Shown: in pieces, positions 12,530-24,199 of the stretch | How the letters are laid out: every line of letters starts with the position of its first letter | Position numbering within the stretch: position 1 is the stretch's first letter | Position numbers and translations under genes: made by a program | The notes under the pieces: model-generated | What the model was told of the DNA's origin: nothing | The model's input: the letters and a program-made list of their open reading frames with translations, nothing else | The model's database searches: none | Assembly: GCF_036321535.1 (NCBI RefSeq) | Contig: NC_087437.1 | Coordinates: forward strand, 54,996,001 to 55,060,000 | Direction: 5' to 3' | From: Camelus dromedarius | Lineage: Eukaryota | Length of the DNA: 64,000 nucleotides

Positions 12530-13199
12530 ATATCGTGTTTCTTAATTTTAAGTGAATTGCATTGTATCATCCCTACTTTTCTGAGACTTTTTCACTGAAA
12601 ATTATAAGACTAGGATGTATAAATATTTATAGATCATATGATTATTCTCCAAGGAAATTTAAAGTATCAGACCAACAAAAGTTTAGTAACCTAAGAAATT
12701 TAAAACTGTAAATTTAGGTTTAGAAAATGTAACAGGAAAAAAAATCCTTACACAGAAGCAAACAAAAAGATAAAATACCTAGGTAAACCTTTAAAAGCGT
12801 AAATGATCTAAGTGAAGAATGCTATAGAATTTTACAGGGATAATTAACTCATGAGCAGAATGATTTGGGGATTGAACATGCTTTGGAAAGCACCTCTCAC
12901 TTTAACAGGCATTCATATCATCACCCTGTAATTACACAACAGCCAGGCTTTCAGTGGGAGAATAGTTACTGCACCGGCCTTTGCTGATGGTTTTTATTTA
13001 GCCCTTTTCCCCTAGTAGCTCCCAGCCCTTTGCTGATCTCGATTTCTGCCCCCTACATCCCTGCAAGCTCCAAGGCAGTCTTCGGCAAGGACAGCGAGGC
13101 TCACGCCTGGAAGTAGACGGCCCAGAAAACCAGAGACCTAGCCGAACAGAACCCTTTCCTCCTCCAATTCCTACCCCAAACTATATTCATTTCAATTGT

Positions 13200-13365
13200 C
13201 ATAGAATTAGAATGCTTTTTAAGGGCCAGGGGAAACCTTAGAAATTCAATAACATCATTTTATAGCCGAGAAAACCTAAAGCCCGAGAAAGCTGACTGAT
13301 TTGCCTGAGGTTATATGGTTTATTAATGTCAGAGGCAGGAATAAAAACCAGGAGCCTTGATGATG
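13200..13365 (-). mobile_element. MIR SINE
   Basis: cattttatagccgagaaaacctaaagcccgagaaagctgactgatttgcctgaggtta. Confidence 0.65.
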
Positions 13366-13964
13366 CCTTCAAAGAACTGCTTTCTTTGGGACTGACATGA
13401 AGAGGTTTAACCATATGTGGCCACAGGCCCCAGAGAAACATCCCTAGAAAATGTTGGATTGCGTAAATTTTGGTTGGAGAGTTTAGAAATAGGACAGCCT
13501 TTGCTTCAGCCTAAACCAAGACGGAGAGTCTCAGATTTCCAGGTTAAATGCCTCTGAAACTTTATGCTAGAACCTTCCCGCTGCCCTAGTTTGTTTATTT
13601 TTAAATCAAGCATGAACTCACCACTCGGTGTTTGCCAGAGTTTGGATGAATGTCAGCATCAGGCCACTGTAATAATGGTTTAAGATTATTTAATCCTATT
13701 ACTTATACACTTCATTAGGCTGAGTGAATTGTTGGCAGTGGTTCAGTAAACTTCCTACTTTAGAGATAAAAGGATGGAAAGAAAATAGGGAAGAAGTCTG
13801 TTCCTTGTTTTCTTTCATATTTATAACTCTTAAAGGGTAAAGGAATGATAAGTGCCCAGTTACAGCTTGGAGTCTGTATTAGTAGGGTCTTGTGAACTGC
13901 GCTGCACCCTCAAAAGAGAAAAGTGAAACATATTTTCAATTAGAAGAAAAAGGATTTGGCCAAG

Positions 13965-13966
<2 letters not shown>

Positions 13967-14007
<41 letters not shown>
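13967..14007. repeat. (TG)n microsatellite, ~20 units
   Basis: Direct reading. Confidence 0.97.
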
Positions 14008-14008
<1 letters not shown>

Positions 14009-14511
14009 CAGAGAGATTATACTTTCGAATTGGTCTTAAAAATAGACATGGAAATAAGTTCAAGAGTCCTGGGTAAGACATCCTATCTTTCGTTTAGGGG
14101 GCCTGGTGTGAGGCAGCAAATGATTTTAAAGAAAGAACGTGGAATTTAAAGGCAGACCTCGTTCACACCCAGCTTGACCAGCTACTATTCTTCATTCCCC
14201 TTACTTCTTTTAGCTTAAATTTCCTCACAAATAGAATGGAAGTGATATTTCTTACCTCAGTGGCTAAGTGAGGGTTCAAAGAGGCTGACAGAGCTGAGTA
14301 AAAAAGTAGGGGAGGTTTGAGCACTAAATAACTGCCCAGATCAAGCCTCAGGGATGTAGATACAAAACGTGCAAAGGAGAAGTTTGCCTCACTTGAGTCA
14401 CCGAAGGACAGTTATCAGTCAGCATTGCAGTCTCCAGAATGTTACCTGCACACGGCCGGTTTGAGAGCTCCAAGAGTCTGAGGGGCAGTGGCAAGTCATG
14501 AGACTCTGGAA

Positions 14512-14685
14512 GCCTGGTTTTCCCAAAATGTGTCATTTGGAATCATTACTCCATTATGGAAGTCCTCATTAAAAGTGAAACTCTGGACCACTCCCCAGAA
14601 CTCCTGCACAAGGAGCCAAGAAATGAGCATCTTTTACAGGGCTCTTGGGAAGATCCTACTGCACGCGTAGGCTTGAGATCCAGCC
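14512..14685. mobile_element. MER5-type hAT-Charlie MITE
   Basis: ggttttcccaaaatgtg..ggagccaagaaatgagcatcttttacagggctcttgggaagatcctactgcacgcgtaggcttgagatcc. Confidence 0.6.
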
Positions 14686-16876
14686 CAGCTCATGTAAGAA
14701 GTAGTCCCCAGACACTTCTCTTTACCCCATCTCTCCTCTAGTTCCTTTACGGCACTTGGCCAAATGGACACTTCTCCTGGACGTTGCTCTCTCAGGCTGG
14801 TCTGTCTGCACCCAGGCTACTGTCTGTCTTGTGCCTTTCTCAGTCTCCATCATTTGGAAATCTGTGTCACTCAACCTGAAAAAGCTTTCCTGGAACTTGT
14901 CCAAATAGATGTGGCCTTTCCTGAACATGCAAGGCTTTTGTTTCTCCCTCTCTCATAGGATTTAACCCTCTGCAACTGATATTACAGTCGTTTGAGACTT
15001 CAGCATGTTCCCTTCTTGATTTAAAACCCTTAGAGGGTGTGTGTATGGTGGGAGAGGTGTAGCACATTTTACTTTTTTTTTTTTTCTTTTCTTTAATTCT
15101 TGCCCCAGCAGGCGAGCCTCTAACTGTTTTGATACTTACAGGGAAGGGCAGGCTAGAGAAGGACAGGGCTCCCCCCACCCAGATCCCAGTGGCTCCTGAG
15201 AAACTCTTTGACTCTTTGCCCTTTGCTATACCTTGGATTTGGGACTCTGTGTGTATACAAAGCAAAGAAGAGAACTTGGCTCGGGAAGCCTCTGAGCAGT
15301 CGTAGCTGAGATGTAAATGTGAAAGACTGAAAGGAAGGATGTGAGAGGGAAGCCAGCTGTCTGTCTTCCAGCTGTAGAATTATCTTAAGAGCCGCTGCAC
15401 TCAAGGTCAAACACACAGGCCCAACTTGCAGATGAAAATTGCCAGGGGGTTTGAGTGGAAGTTCTCTGATGTTCTTTGATGACTTTGAATGGGACGTGGT
15501 AATTCCCTCCCATAGCTAAACCTACTGAAAAAAAAAAAAAAAATCTGCTTCCTGGATCTCTCTTTTGCTCACCTCCCTGCAGAGTCAGGGGCTGCCAGGT
15601 GAGGTTGGCATCACCTTTACAGCAAGGCAAGTCCTCTTTTTGAGTACTTAATAGTGACTAGGCCCTGGTGTATCTGGTATAGCTGGCAGGTCTTCAAAAC
15701 ATACTAATTTTTTAACTTGAAGATTATTACATAATTCAGTCTCCTACATTTACAGTTTGAGACAACAGGATGCTGAAAGAGGGGGAAAGACTTGCTCAGG
15801 GTAGGTGATGCATCGATGATGTACTGAGCACTCCAGGAAATCTGAAACTCACAAACGCACATATGTGATGAGTTTTAAATTATCTTAATTTTGTTGGGTA
15901 ATAAACATCTTCCACAGAAGGTGTTTTTGCTTTATGGACTCTTTAATAATGCTGAAAGATTTTTGAGGCCATTTATATCAATAAAACCACTGGAATACAT
16001 TAGTTAAAATGAAACTGAACCTTCTAAGATGTATCTCCCCTAGAAAGTTAAAGTTTACATTTTCACTCTAGGCAAAAATTCTAAATAAATTATATTATAA
16101 AAGCATAACAAATACACAAATAGTTCTCCCACAAAATGAATAGCATGGAATGTGCTGGAGCCTCAGAGGAAAAACTGGGGGAAGAGAGTAGAGACATTTG
16201 GGGGAAAAGGAGAAATTTAACAAGAGTGTCTTCGTAGAGGAAGGGGCCTGTACTAGTGTGTCATATGGTAAATCTTAGTTTCTCCTAATACCATATATTC
16301 ATTCTTTTTCTACCAGACAGGCAAGTAAAAACTGTTACTATCCCTTTTTACAAATTAACAAAATCAAGGCTTAGAAAACCGAGAGCTTTGGAAAATGAGG
16401 GGTTAGCTTAGGATTAAAGCAAAACTTTCAGCTCGTGCTCTCTAAATCTTGGCCCCTACCTTTCTCTTAAATAAATTCAAACTAACAGATGGCCTGTCAT
16501 CAGATAGGACTTTTTTTAATCAGCAAGGCTTTTCTTTTCACAGCCCTCAGGTCTCAGTTTGGTTACCACTATTTTGAGAATCCTTCCCCACGTCCTTCCA
16601 GCTGAAGATAAGCACTTCCTCCTCTGTCTCCCCCGAGCTTTTCTCTATACCTTCGTTTTAATCATTCACCTTTATTTTAACCCATTGCTGTCTCTACCTT
16701 ATATTGGCAGGCAGTCTCACCACATGTAGATAGACTGTCAACTTCTTAAGAAGCAAGCTCGTTTTTTCTAGTTTACTTTGAGTCCCTTTTCCCTGTTCTT
16801 GCCCAAACCTTACTCCACATCTCCCCAGGTAGTGCCCAGTGCAATACTTCTCACACTGAGGGGGATTGGATACTTA

Positions 16877-16877
<1 letters not shown>

Positions 16878-16907
<30 letters not shown>
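16878..16907. repeat. Poly(A) run of 30 nt
   Basis: Direct reading; follows an L2 3' end fragment and abuts an LTR. Confidence 0.95.
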
Positions 16908-16909
<2 letters not shown>

Positions 16910-16910
16910 A

Positions 16911-17272
16911 TGACTTAGTTTTCTCAGGTTGTCCGTAGACTGTATGGCTTAAAAAACAGAAATTTCTCACAGTTCCAGAGGCTAGAATTCAATGATCGAG
17001 GTGCCAGCATGGTGGGTTTCTGGTAAGCATTCTCTTCCTGGCTTCCAGAAGGTCATCTTCCCTCTGTGCCCTCCCCGACAGGCAGAGAGAAAGAGAGTGC
17101 CAGCTCTCTAGTTTCTGCCCTTTCAAGGGCACTAGTTCCATCCTGAGGACCCCACCCTTTTACCTCATCTAAACCTAATTGTCTCCCAAAGGCCTCATCT
17201 GCAAATACTGTCACATTGTAAGTTAGGGCTTCAACATATGAATTTTAAGGGGACACAATTCAGTCCATAGTA
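16911..17272 (-). mobile_element. ERVL-MaLR solo LTR (MLT1A/MST-like)
   Basis: Reverse strand starts ctatggactgaattgtgtccccttaaaattcatatgttgaagccctaac; ~360 bp; 5-bp TSD aagaa/atgaa (4/5 match). Confidence 0.88.
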
Positions 17273-19049
17273 ATGAATTACACTTTTTGACCACAGGTCT
17301 ATAAATGCGTTCTGGGTGCTGGTTGGTGGAGTGGCGAATAGAATATACTGTGTTTCTAGATACAGAAGCGATATACTGAGACATTTAACAGGTGTTTATT
17401 GAGTTCCCTGCTGCCTTTACAGAATTCAAGTGGACCCTCAGTAGGTCCCTGTTAATGATTGAAAAATCATAGAGCTCTGATGCATTTGCCTTTAAGGTTA
17501 CAATTTTACCCACTAGATCTTACCTCATTTTTCAGACCAGAGAAAAGAGAAAGACTTGGGTCTTTGGAAGGTTGTTGCACATTCCTATTAGATCATGAGG
17601 AAATTGGCACAAGTGGCAGGAAGCCAGACTGGCCCGCGTCTGGCCAGGCAGTGTCTGCAGGTCATTCCAGAAAAGCTGCCGGAATAACGATGTGTTCTCC
17701 CATAAAGTGCTTTCTTGTCAAAGTCTCTTTTGGAGTTAACTCTTCATGCACAGATCGATAAGCCTCACCAACTGGCCAATGCAATTAAGAGGTGGCAGGT
17801 TAAGCATTACTATTAAGTGCAAAGTAAAATACAATGAAGAAGGTTGTTTTTGTGAAATTGTGTTGTCAGATATTGCTCAGGAGTGTTTCTGAGTTTTTAT
17901 AGAAGAGAGTCCAGGAGACAGAGGGGATAACTGTCTCCCATTGCCTTGGGAAAAGCGAGCATTTAAATAGAGATCTCTTGAATATCTTTAACTGCAGAGT
18001 AGACTATTGGCCAATTATGAGAGCCACCAAATGAGCACCATCTGTGTACAGAGGGCTGCGTTCAGTGCTCTGGGGGAGACGAGCAGCTTGCTCCCACGGA
18101 GCCTTCAGATGATCGAGAAGCACCAGACACTCACACGAGAGTGATGTAGGGCCCAGTCTGTCTGTGAGAGAGACCTGAGCAGTGATGAGAGCTCAGAAAG
18201 CATGGGGGTGGAGGGGACCAGCACCAAGAAGGCCCTCCCAGGTGATGCAGCGGTTGAGCTGGGCCTTGAAAGTAGAGTCGGATATGATAGGAGGAAAAGA
18301 ATGGCCCCAAACAATTCCAATTTCTAAACATTTGTTTCCCATGTTAAACTCCTTTACAACTGCTGGGATAAAAGGAAAGGAACCAGACTGTTGGTAAATA
18401 AGGATTTGTTGAGCATTCGTTAAAATGTGGGAGCAGAGGAGGTAAAGAATATTTTTCTGGTTCATAGGTTTCTCTGCATATGTGACAAGAGAGTCTTGGA
18501 CTCATTACCTTCCTCTGATGGCATCTTAATGGGATTCATTACAAAAGCCAAATTCCTTTCTCCCGAGACAAGAAACAGAAACCACGGGAGTAGCCATGTT
18601 GGTGCTGTCCTTCTTTCTCTGAAGAAGTGGATACTTAAAAGCTATGAAAAAGTGCTACTATACCTCCAGACAGTTTGTCTGTTTTGTCAGTAGGATTGGG
18701 TGGAAGTCAATGCTGACGCCCCTGAAGCTGGAAAGGACCTTGATGACTCTCTATCCCAAGCCCCAGTTTTTGCACATTAGTGAACTGAAGCCCAGTCAGA
18801 GTGCGGTTTTTCCAGGTAGAAGAGAGCCAAGCGAACTTCCTAAATCATTAGCAACCAGTTTATTGTCAGATATTTATGTTGCCTTCGTGTGGAAGAGAAC
18901 AATTATGCTTTCAGGAAGGAATAACTTGACTCCCGATTCCCTGAGTTACCATTGGATGGTATTAGGCAACACCACTTAATAATCTAGCTGTGTTGCAGCT
19001 ATGATAATTATATGTCTTCTAGCATTCACCACCTGTACCAATTGCTTAG

Positions 19050-19245
19050 CATAATAATACCTTATACTTACATGCATGTGCCCAAAGTACTTTTATAGCT
19101 GTTTTTCATTTGATGCTCACAACAGTCCCACAAGGCAGGTGCTATTCCTAGATTAAACATGAGAAAACTGAGCCTTAGAGAAGGCAGCCCATAGACGAGA
19201 AACGGAAACAGATGAGGAATCTAGTTTTCTTACCTCGGCATCTCA
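19050..19245 (-). mobile_element. MIR SINE
   Basis: catttgatgctcacaacagtcccacaaggcagg..catgagaaaactgagccttagagaagg. Confidence 0.7.
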
Positions 19246-19282
19246 GTTGCCTGACTAGATGGTCTTCAGTCCTTTATCCTTC

Positions 19283-19395
19283 TAGTGAGTATTTACTGAG
19301 CACCCTGTGTATTTCAAACATTGTAGTGGCCTTTGGGGTACAAGGTTAAAAAAGATACAAGCCCAAGTCCTTGGGGAGCTCACCGTTTGAAAGAG
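19283..19395 (-). mobile_element. L2 3' end fragment (antisense)
   Basis: gtatttactgagcacc..gatacaagcccaagtccttggggagctcaccgtttg. Confidence 0.65.
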
Positions 19396-19484
19396 TAGCA
19401 TGTTAAGTGCATACTGCATCTTTCAGGGAGGTGGGGACATGTAAGATTGGGGGAATAATTTCGTAGCTATTTATCTAAGCATGC

Positions 19485-19606
19485 CACAGTCCTGTCTCCC
19501 CAGCTAGACTGTGAGTGTCTTACCATGTCCTGTGTCCTGTTGCCTCTCCGAAGGCTCCTTGTATCGGCCTCGTACTCGGCTGGCGTTCACTCAGTATTTG
19601 TTGATG
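19485..19606 (+). mobile_element. L2 3' end fragment (sense)
   Basis: ctgtctccccagctagactgtgag..cactcagtatttgttgatg. Confidence 0.6.
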
Positions 19607-21469
19607 ATGGTGATGACGATGTAGATGATTTTTCCCTCGGACGTTTGCAACACTGGAGGTTTTCTGCTGGCCTTTGGGTATATTAGCATTTAATTTACAG
19701 GTCTGAGTTAGCCTTTTAAAAATCATTTTTAAGGAAAATAAACAACTTTCTGAGCTAGCTTCTAAAAACTAACATACTCAATATAGCAGTGATACTGTTT
19801 TAACCAGTAGGTGCCCAACATTTGCAGTTTAGAGGGTTGTACTTGTATGACTGTTCTCTTCTGTCAGTGAATTGTAACCTTCATTAGCGGCCGTTAACAC
19901 ATCAAAACAGCCTTTAATCAGTCTTAAAGAATTCTAATTATTCCCAAGTATCTGATCATTACTGTTTCATTGATATTTTAAGTGGTATCAAACATTGCAA
20001 CTGTTTTCCACAGGAAGAGGATGGAGTTCAGTGCTATTCAGTGGCAAAGATGGGGAAATTTTTCCTCCTAGCAAAGTTGTGATTAAATGTGTCAGTTGCA
20101 CAAGCTTGGAATTCTTCTTCACAATTTCAACATTTTGTATTGCTTTAATATATTACAAGCAGAGTATTTCCCAGCTCATTTATATTTCCTGGTTTCTGAA
20201 ATTTTACTGGAAAGCTTTGTGAACAAATACTAACTTCAAAGATACTAGAAATAAAGCGAAAATGAGGTTTTTCTCTCACATATCTAAACGAGTTTCCTTT
20301 AATCATTAAATTCCTGATATGTAATTAGTCCAATTCTGCTTTAGATAGGAGCTCATTATAAAGGTTCTAGGTGAGCAGTCTTTCTAGCAGAAGTGACCTT
20401 TTTGATCGTCTCCCAGCATTTCCTAAAAATACTTGTATACAGAGTGAATTGCAAGGTAAATGAGTAAATCAAACACCAAGACTCACACGCATGTGTACAC
20501 AGAAACACAAGCACAAGCACCACAGCCAGCAACCCTACCACAAAACAGAACTCCACTTACTCTAAGGACAAGTAAAAATTTATGTCTACTACAAAATCGT
20601 TTTCTTGAAAAATAATTTAGAAATTTATAAACAGACACTATGGCACTCATTTGTCAACCAAATAACAATCTAAATGGGACTAGAAGAAGAGAAAGTGTAA
20701 TTTAAATATTTTTGAGGGTGGTACTGGTTAAGAGCATGTGTGTGCGCGTACGCGCGTGCACGCACACGTGTGTGGAGGGATGTGTTGAATTTGAGAGTAA
20801 TTTATGGAAAGTGCTGCCAGCGTGGTATTTCAAATGCTCCACAATTTGAATTTAAACTGCTCAATGGGATCATTAAGATTATTATGCATGTTTTCCAAAG
20901 AATTTGAATTCAAACGACAACTTTAAAAGAAAAAAAAGATGCCCTTTAAAAACTGAGAAATGTTATTGCACTTACAGAAATTCATGCAGTTTGAAGTAAT
21001 TTGCTACCCTCTCTTCTGAAAAAGTACCTGATGATAATGTTCTCAAGAGATGGGGATGTTGGAGAAAGTTCATATTGCAGACACATTACCTTGATGAGGA
21101 AAACTAGATTGTAAAGCAGGCTTTATGGACAATGAATTATTTCGTCTTGTACAATGGACAACAGAAAAATCAGGAAGGGTCGTGGATCAATGAAGGAGGG
21201 AGCCCAGAGATCTGAGGATGGCAGAAGCTCGCTTGAGTAGAACTTAGAAGCCCCTTTCAAACTCATCAAGTGTGCATTTGGTTCTCTTCTTTGGGTGGAT
21301 CTCGGCACATAGAAGTCTACTTTCATTTTGTGCCAGTTAGCCAAATGAATGATTTATAAAAGAAACAAACAGAAGGGTGCTTACTCACTTTTGAAAAGAA
21401 GTCTTCTTGTAATGGATTTTGCAAAGTTGTTTTGCAATGGATTTACCATTATATTCTTTTAAATCAGCA

Positions 21470-21790
21470 GAGTTCCAATGATGGGAAATTTACTAGCTCT
21501 CGAGGCAGCTTTTCCTCTGTTGAACTCTCTAAAGGTTATAAAGTTACTTCTTATTTTGGATGGAAATCTGTTTCCTTACAACATCTACTCATCTCTCCGC
21601 AAAGAAGACAGCTAATACATCTCCCATTCAAAAGCCCACCGGGTATTTGAAGAAAGTTCTCAAGTCCATCTGAATATTCTCTTCAGGCTAAATTCGTCTG
21701 TCCTAATATCAAGGCCTCTTACCCTCCTGACCACTTTCTTCTAGATTCGTCCAGCATATCAGTATCTTTCTGTACTGTAGTACTTAGAAT
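21470..21790 (-). mobile_element. L3/CR1 LINE fragment
   Basis: ccaatgatgggaaatttactagctctcgaggcagc..aaagttacttcttattttggatggaaatctg..ttctcttcaggctaaa. Confidence 0.6.
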
Positions 21791-22239
21791 TCCTGTTGTC
21801 TTTAATAAAGAAATTGACCCATTGAGATATGTAGAACTTGATTAAAAGACAAATAGGTAACAACATCAAAACCAAGGAGATTCTAGGTTTTACATGTATT
21901 CAAGTTGAAGGAAAATCTTCCCAGTTCTGGTGGAGTAAAAGTAAGATTGCATGTTCGGTCTCGTTCTCATCAGTCTGTTTTAAGCAGAAGTAAAATGAGA
22001 TTTATGATGTTTATCATTTTCTAACTTACATTAAAGTTTATGTTTCATCTCTCTGTCCAGGGGTAGCTTACTTATTTCTCTGCACCTTTAGCCGTCAGCA
22101 CTGTCTTGGTATAGGTGATATCCGTAAATTGTCTGGTGTTAAAGAACAGTAACAGCAGTAACTACTTAGTGTTTTCCAGTTTATGAAACATTTCCAATCT
22201 CAATTTGAGCTTGATGTATAGGTTTTGTGTGTGGGTGTG

Positions 22240-22240
<1 letters not shown>

Positions 22241-22276
<36 letters not shown>
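22241..22276. repeat. (GTT)12 microsatellite inside a MIR
   Basis: Direct reading; followed by gaggaaatcaaggctcagaaagcttaagagatttgcccaag (antisense MIR core). Confidence 0.95.
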
Positions 22277-22278
<2 letters not shown>

Positions 22279-24199
22279 ATTAGAGGAAATCAAGGCTCAG
22301 AAAGCTTAAGAGATTTGCCCAAGAACAGAGAGCTGGTCAGAGGATTTGAATGTAAGACATTGTGGCTCTAAACTTTGTCATTTAGCCCAGAGTATCTGTT
22401 AGTCGATTATCACTTCCTTAGGTTTTGCCTGAGTAGGATGTATTTATAAATGCTTTGAGTGAGGGAGAGCTTTGATTTCTGCCCCTTGTCAGAGGTGTTA
22501 TGCAAATTCAGGGACTTTGGCAAATTTGAAGGCAGTCCTTTGGGTTTCTAGGCACTGCGTTAGAGCAGCATTTCTTTGGAGCACCGCGGTCTCTCTATCC
22601 TATCCAAAATGAATCTGCAGTAATGTGGGGACAGGCAGTCTATGAGGACCAGCACTGAGGCAGTAAATAGAGCCTCTTTAAGGGTTGCCAGCAACAGGCT
22701 CATCTTGTCTCTCAATCCAGAAGCACAAGTGAAGAAATGAGGCTTCGGTGAAGAGAGTGATGTTCCAAATAAATCAGCTGTGGGGTCAGGGGAAGAGCTC
22801 AAGCTCGGGGCTACGAGTCTCCAGCCAGTTTTTGCAGCCGCTGGGACACAGTCCTGTGGAAGCCCAGACTTGTGCTTAGTCTGGACGTTCAGTGAAGGTC
22901 CAGTGTGCCTACCTGTTTGCTCCTCCTTCTCACTGCCTCCCTGACCTCACCACCATCAGCCCACACCCATCCCCGCTCAGTGTTGCCCGGGCACCTTCTC
23001 ATCACACCATCCTGCTTCTGAATCCATGGACTTACCAAGTTGGGGCCCACTGCTTCTTTCAGAATGCTACTGACAATTTCTATATTTGATTCAGAGAACC
23101 AGTCATAAAGCCTTTTCCAGTAATCCCAGCAGTCCCAGTGCCAGTAACGGAGGAGACACTTCCAACTGTTAAGCAACAGTCATCCTTTCAAAGGAGATTG
23201 AGCAATTTCATTTTCAAGTTGTGTTTAAAGCATGAATCTGGAGGCTGAAAGGCCCTCCTGGACCCTGCCTGACGGGGCTGGAGAGCTTTCGGGTGAAAGG
23301 GCTGTGAGACTGGCCCTGTGTGTGCTCATTGGGTAGGACTCACCGGGAGAGGTAAACGGGGTTTCCACTTCCTTCATTATGCGAGATCACTATGATAATA
23401 TGAAGGTTTTGTGAATATCAAATAGAACTTTTTAAGACAGTGGCTACTGCCTTTCATGAGATGTATTTTTGCCCTCAGCAATATGTACTGCATTAAAAGG
23501 AAGGCAGACACTTGAGAAATACCCAGAGACTGAACAGACCATGTGAAACAGAGCATGCCGTCACTGTGGGGAAAGGGGCAGGTCTAGATGACCACTCATC
23601 AGAGATGTGGTGGACAGGACTCTTGTCAAGGAAGGGGGAGTGGAGAAAATGTCCAATACCAGTCTCTTCAACATGGAAGTGGAACACGGGGAGAGACCTG
23701 TTTGTCCATAAACCCCCAGGCATACTTGCACCAATGGCCCACGTGGTATGTATCCTATCTTCTTGAAAGGTAGCAGAGTTATTCACATGCCCTGGATGGA
23801 AATAATATGACATTACCAGCCAATTCCTTTTGCAGTTAAGGGGCACTTAGCTTCACGTGCAACTGCAGATTCGCATCAGGAAGCGTCAAGATGAATCCTC
23901 CAAACTCCCTGTCTCGTGACATTCAAACCGTTCTTGTCACTCGGCTCAGTTTCCCTGCACCTGAGCTGAAGGCTGCAAGGCAATGCACAGAACTCGGCGT
24001 CACATCAAAGAGAGATCAGCCTGAACCCAGACTCTGCTACTCTGTACTTTGTGACAGAGGTCAAGGTTATTCGGTTTTCTAAAGCAAGGCTGATAGTACT
24101 TACTGTGTTGGACTCCTGGGAAGGTTAAATGAGTTTGTGTAAGTGCCAAGCACAGTGCCTTGCTCCTAGTAGCAGTTTCATAGGTGCTAGCTGTCATTT

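Larger units (their letters stand above)
10200..12850 (+). mobile_element. Old L1 ORF2 remnant, interrupted by nested insertions at ~11985-12600
   Basis: ORF 11142-11408 (KIIKEEREKQKLQKIRNEKE) resembles L1 ORF2 (LIKKKREK.QI.KIRNEKG); 11370-11500 matches the GFTGEFYQTFKE..PNSFYEAS region; 12760-12840 matches the IKYLGINL region. Confidence 0.8.

Noticed and set aside
19373..19521. miR-28 gene itself
   Set aside because: The sequence differs from mature miR-28 and the spacer is far too long; miR-28 is expected in a more upstream LPP intron outside this window.
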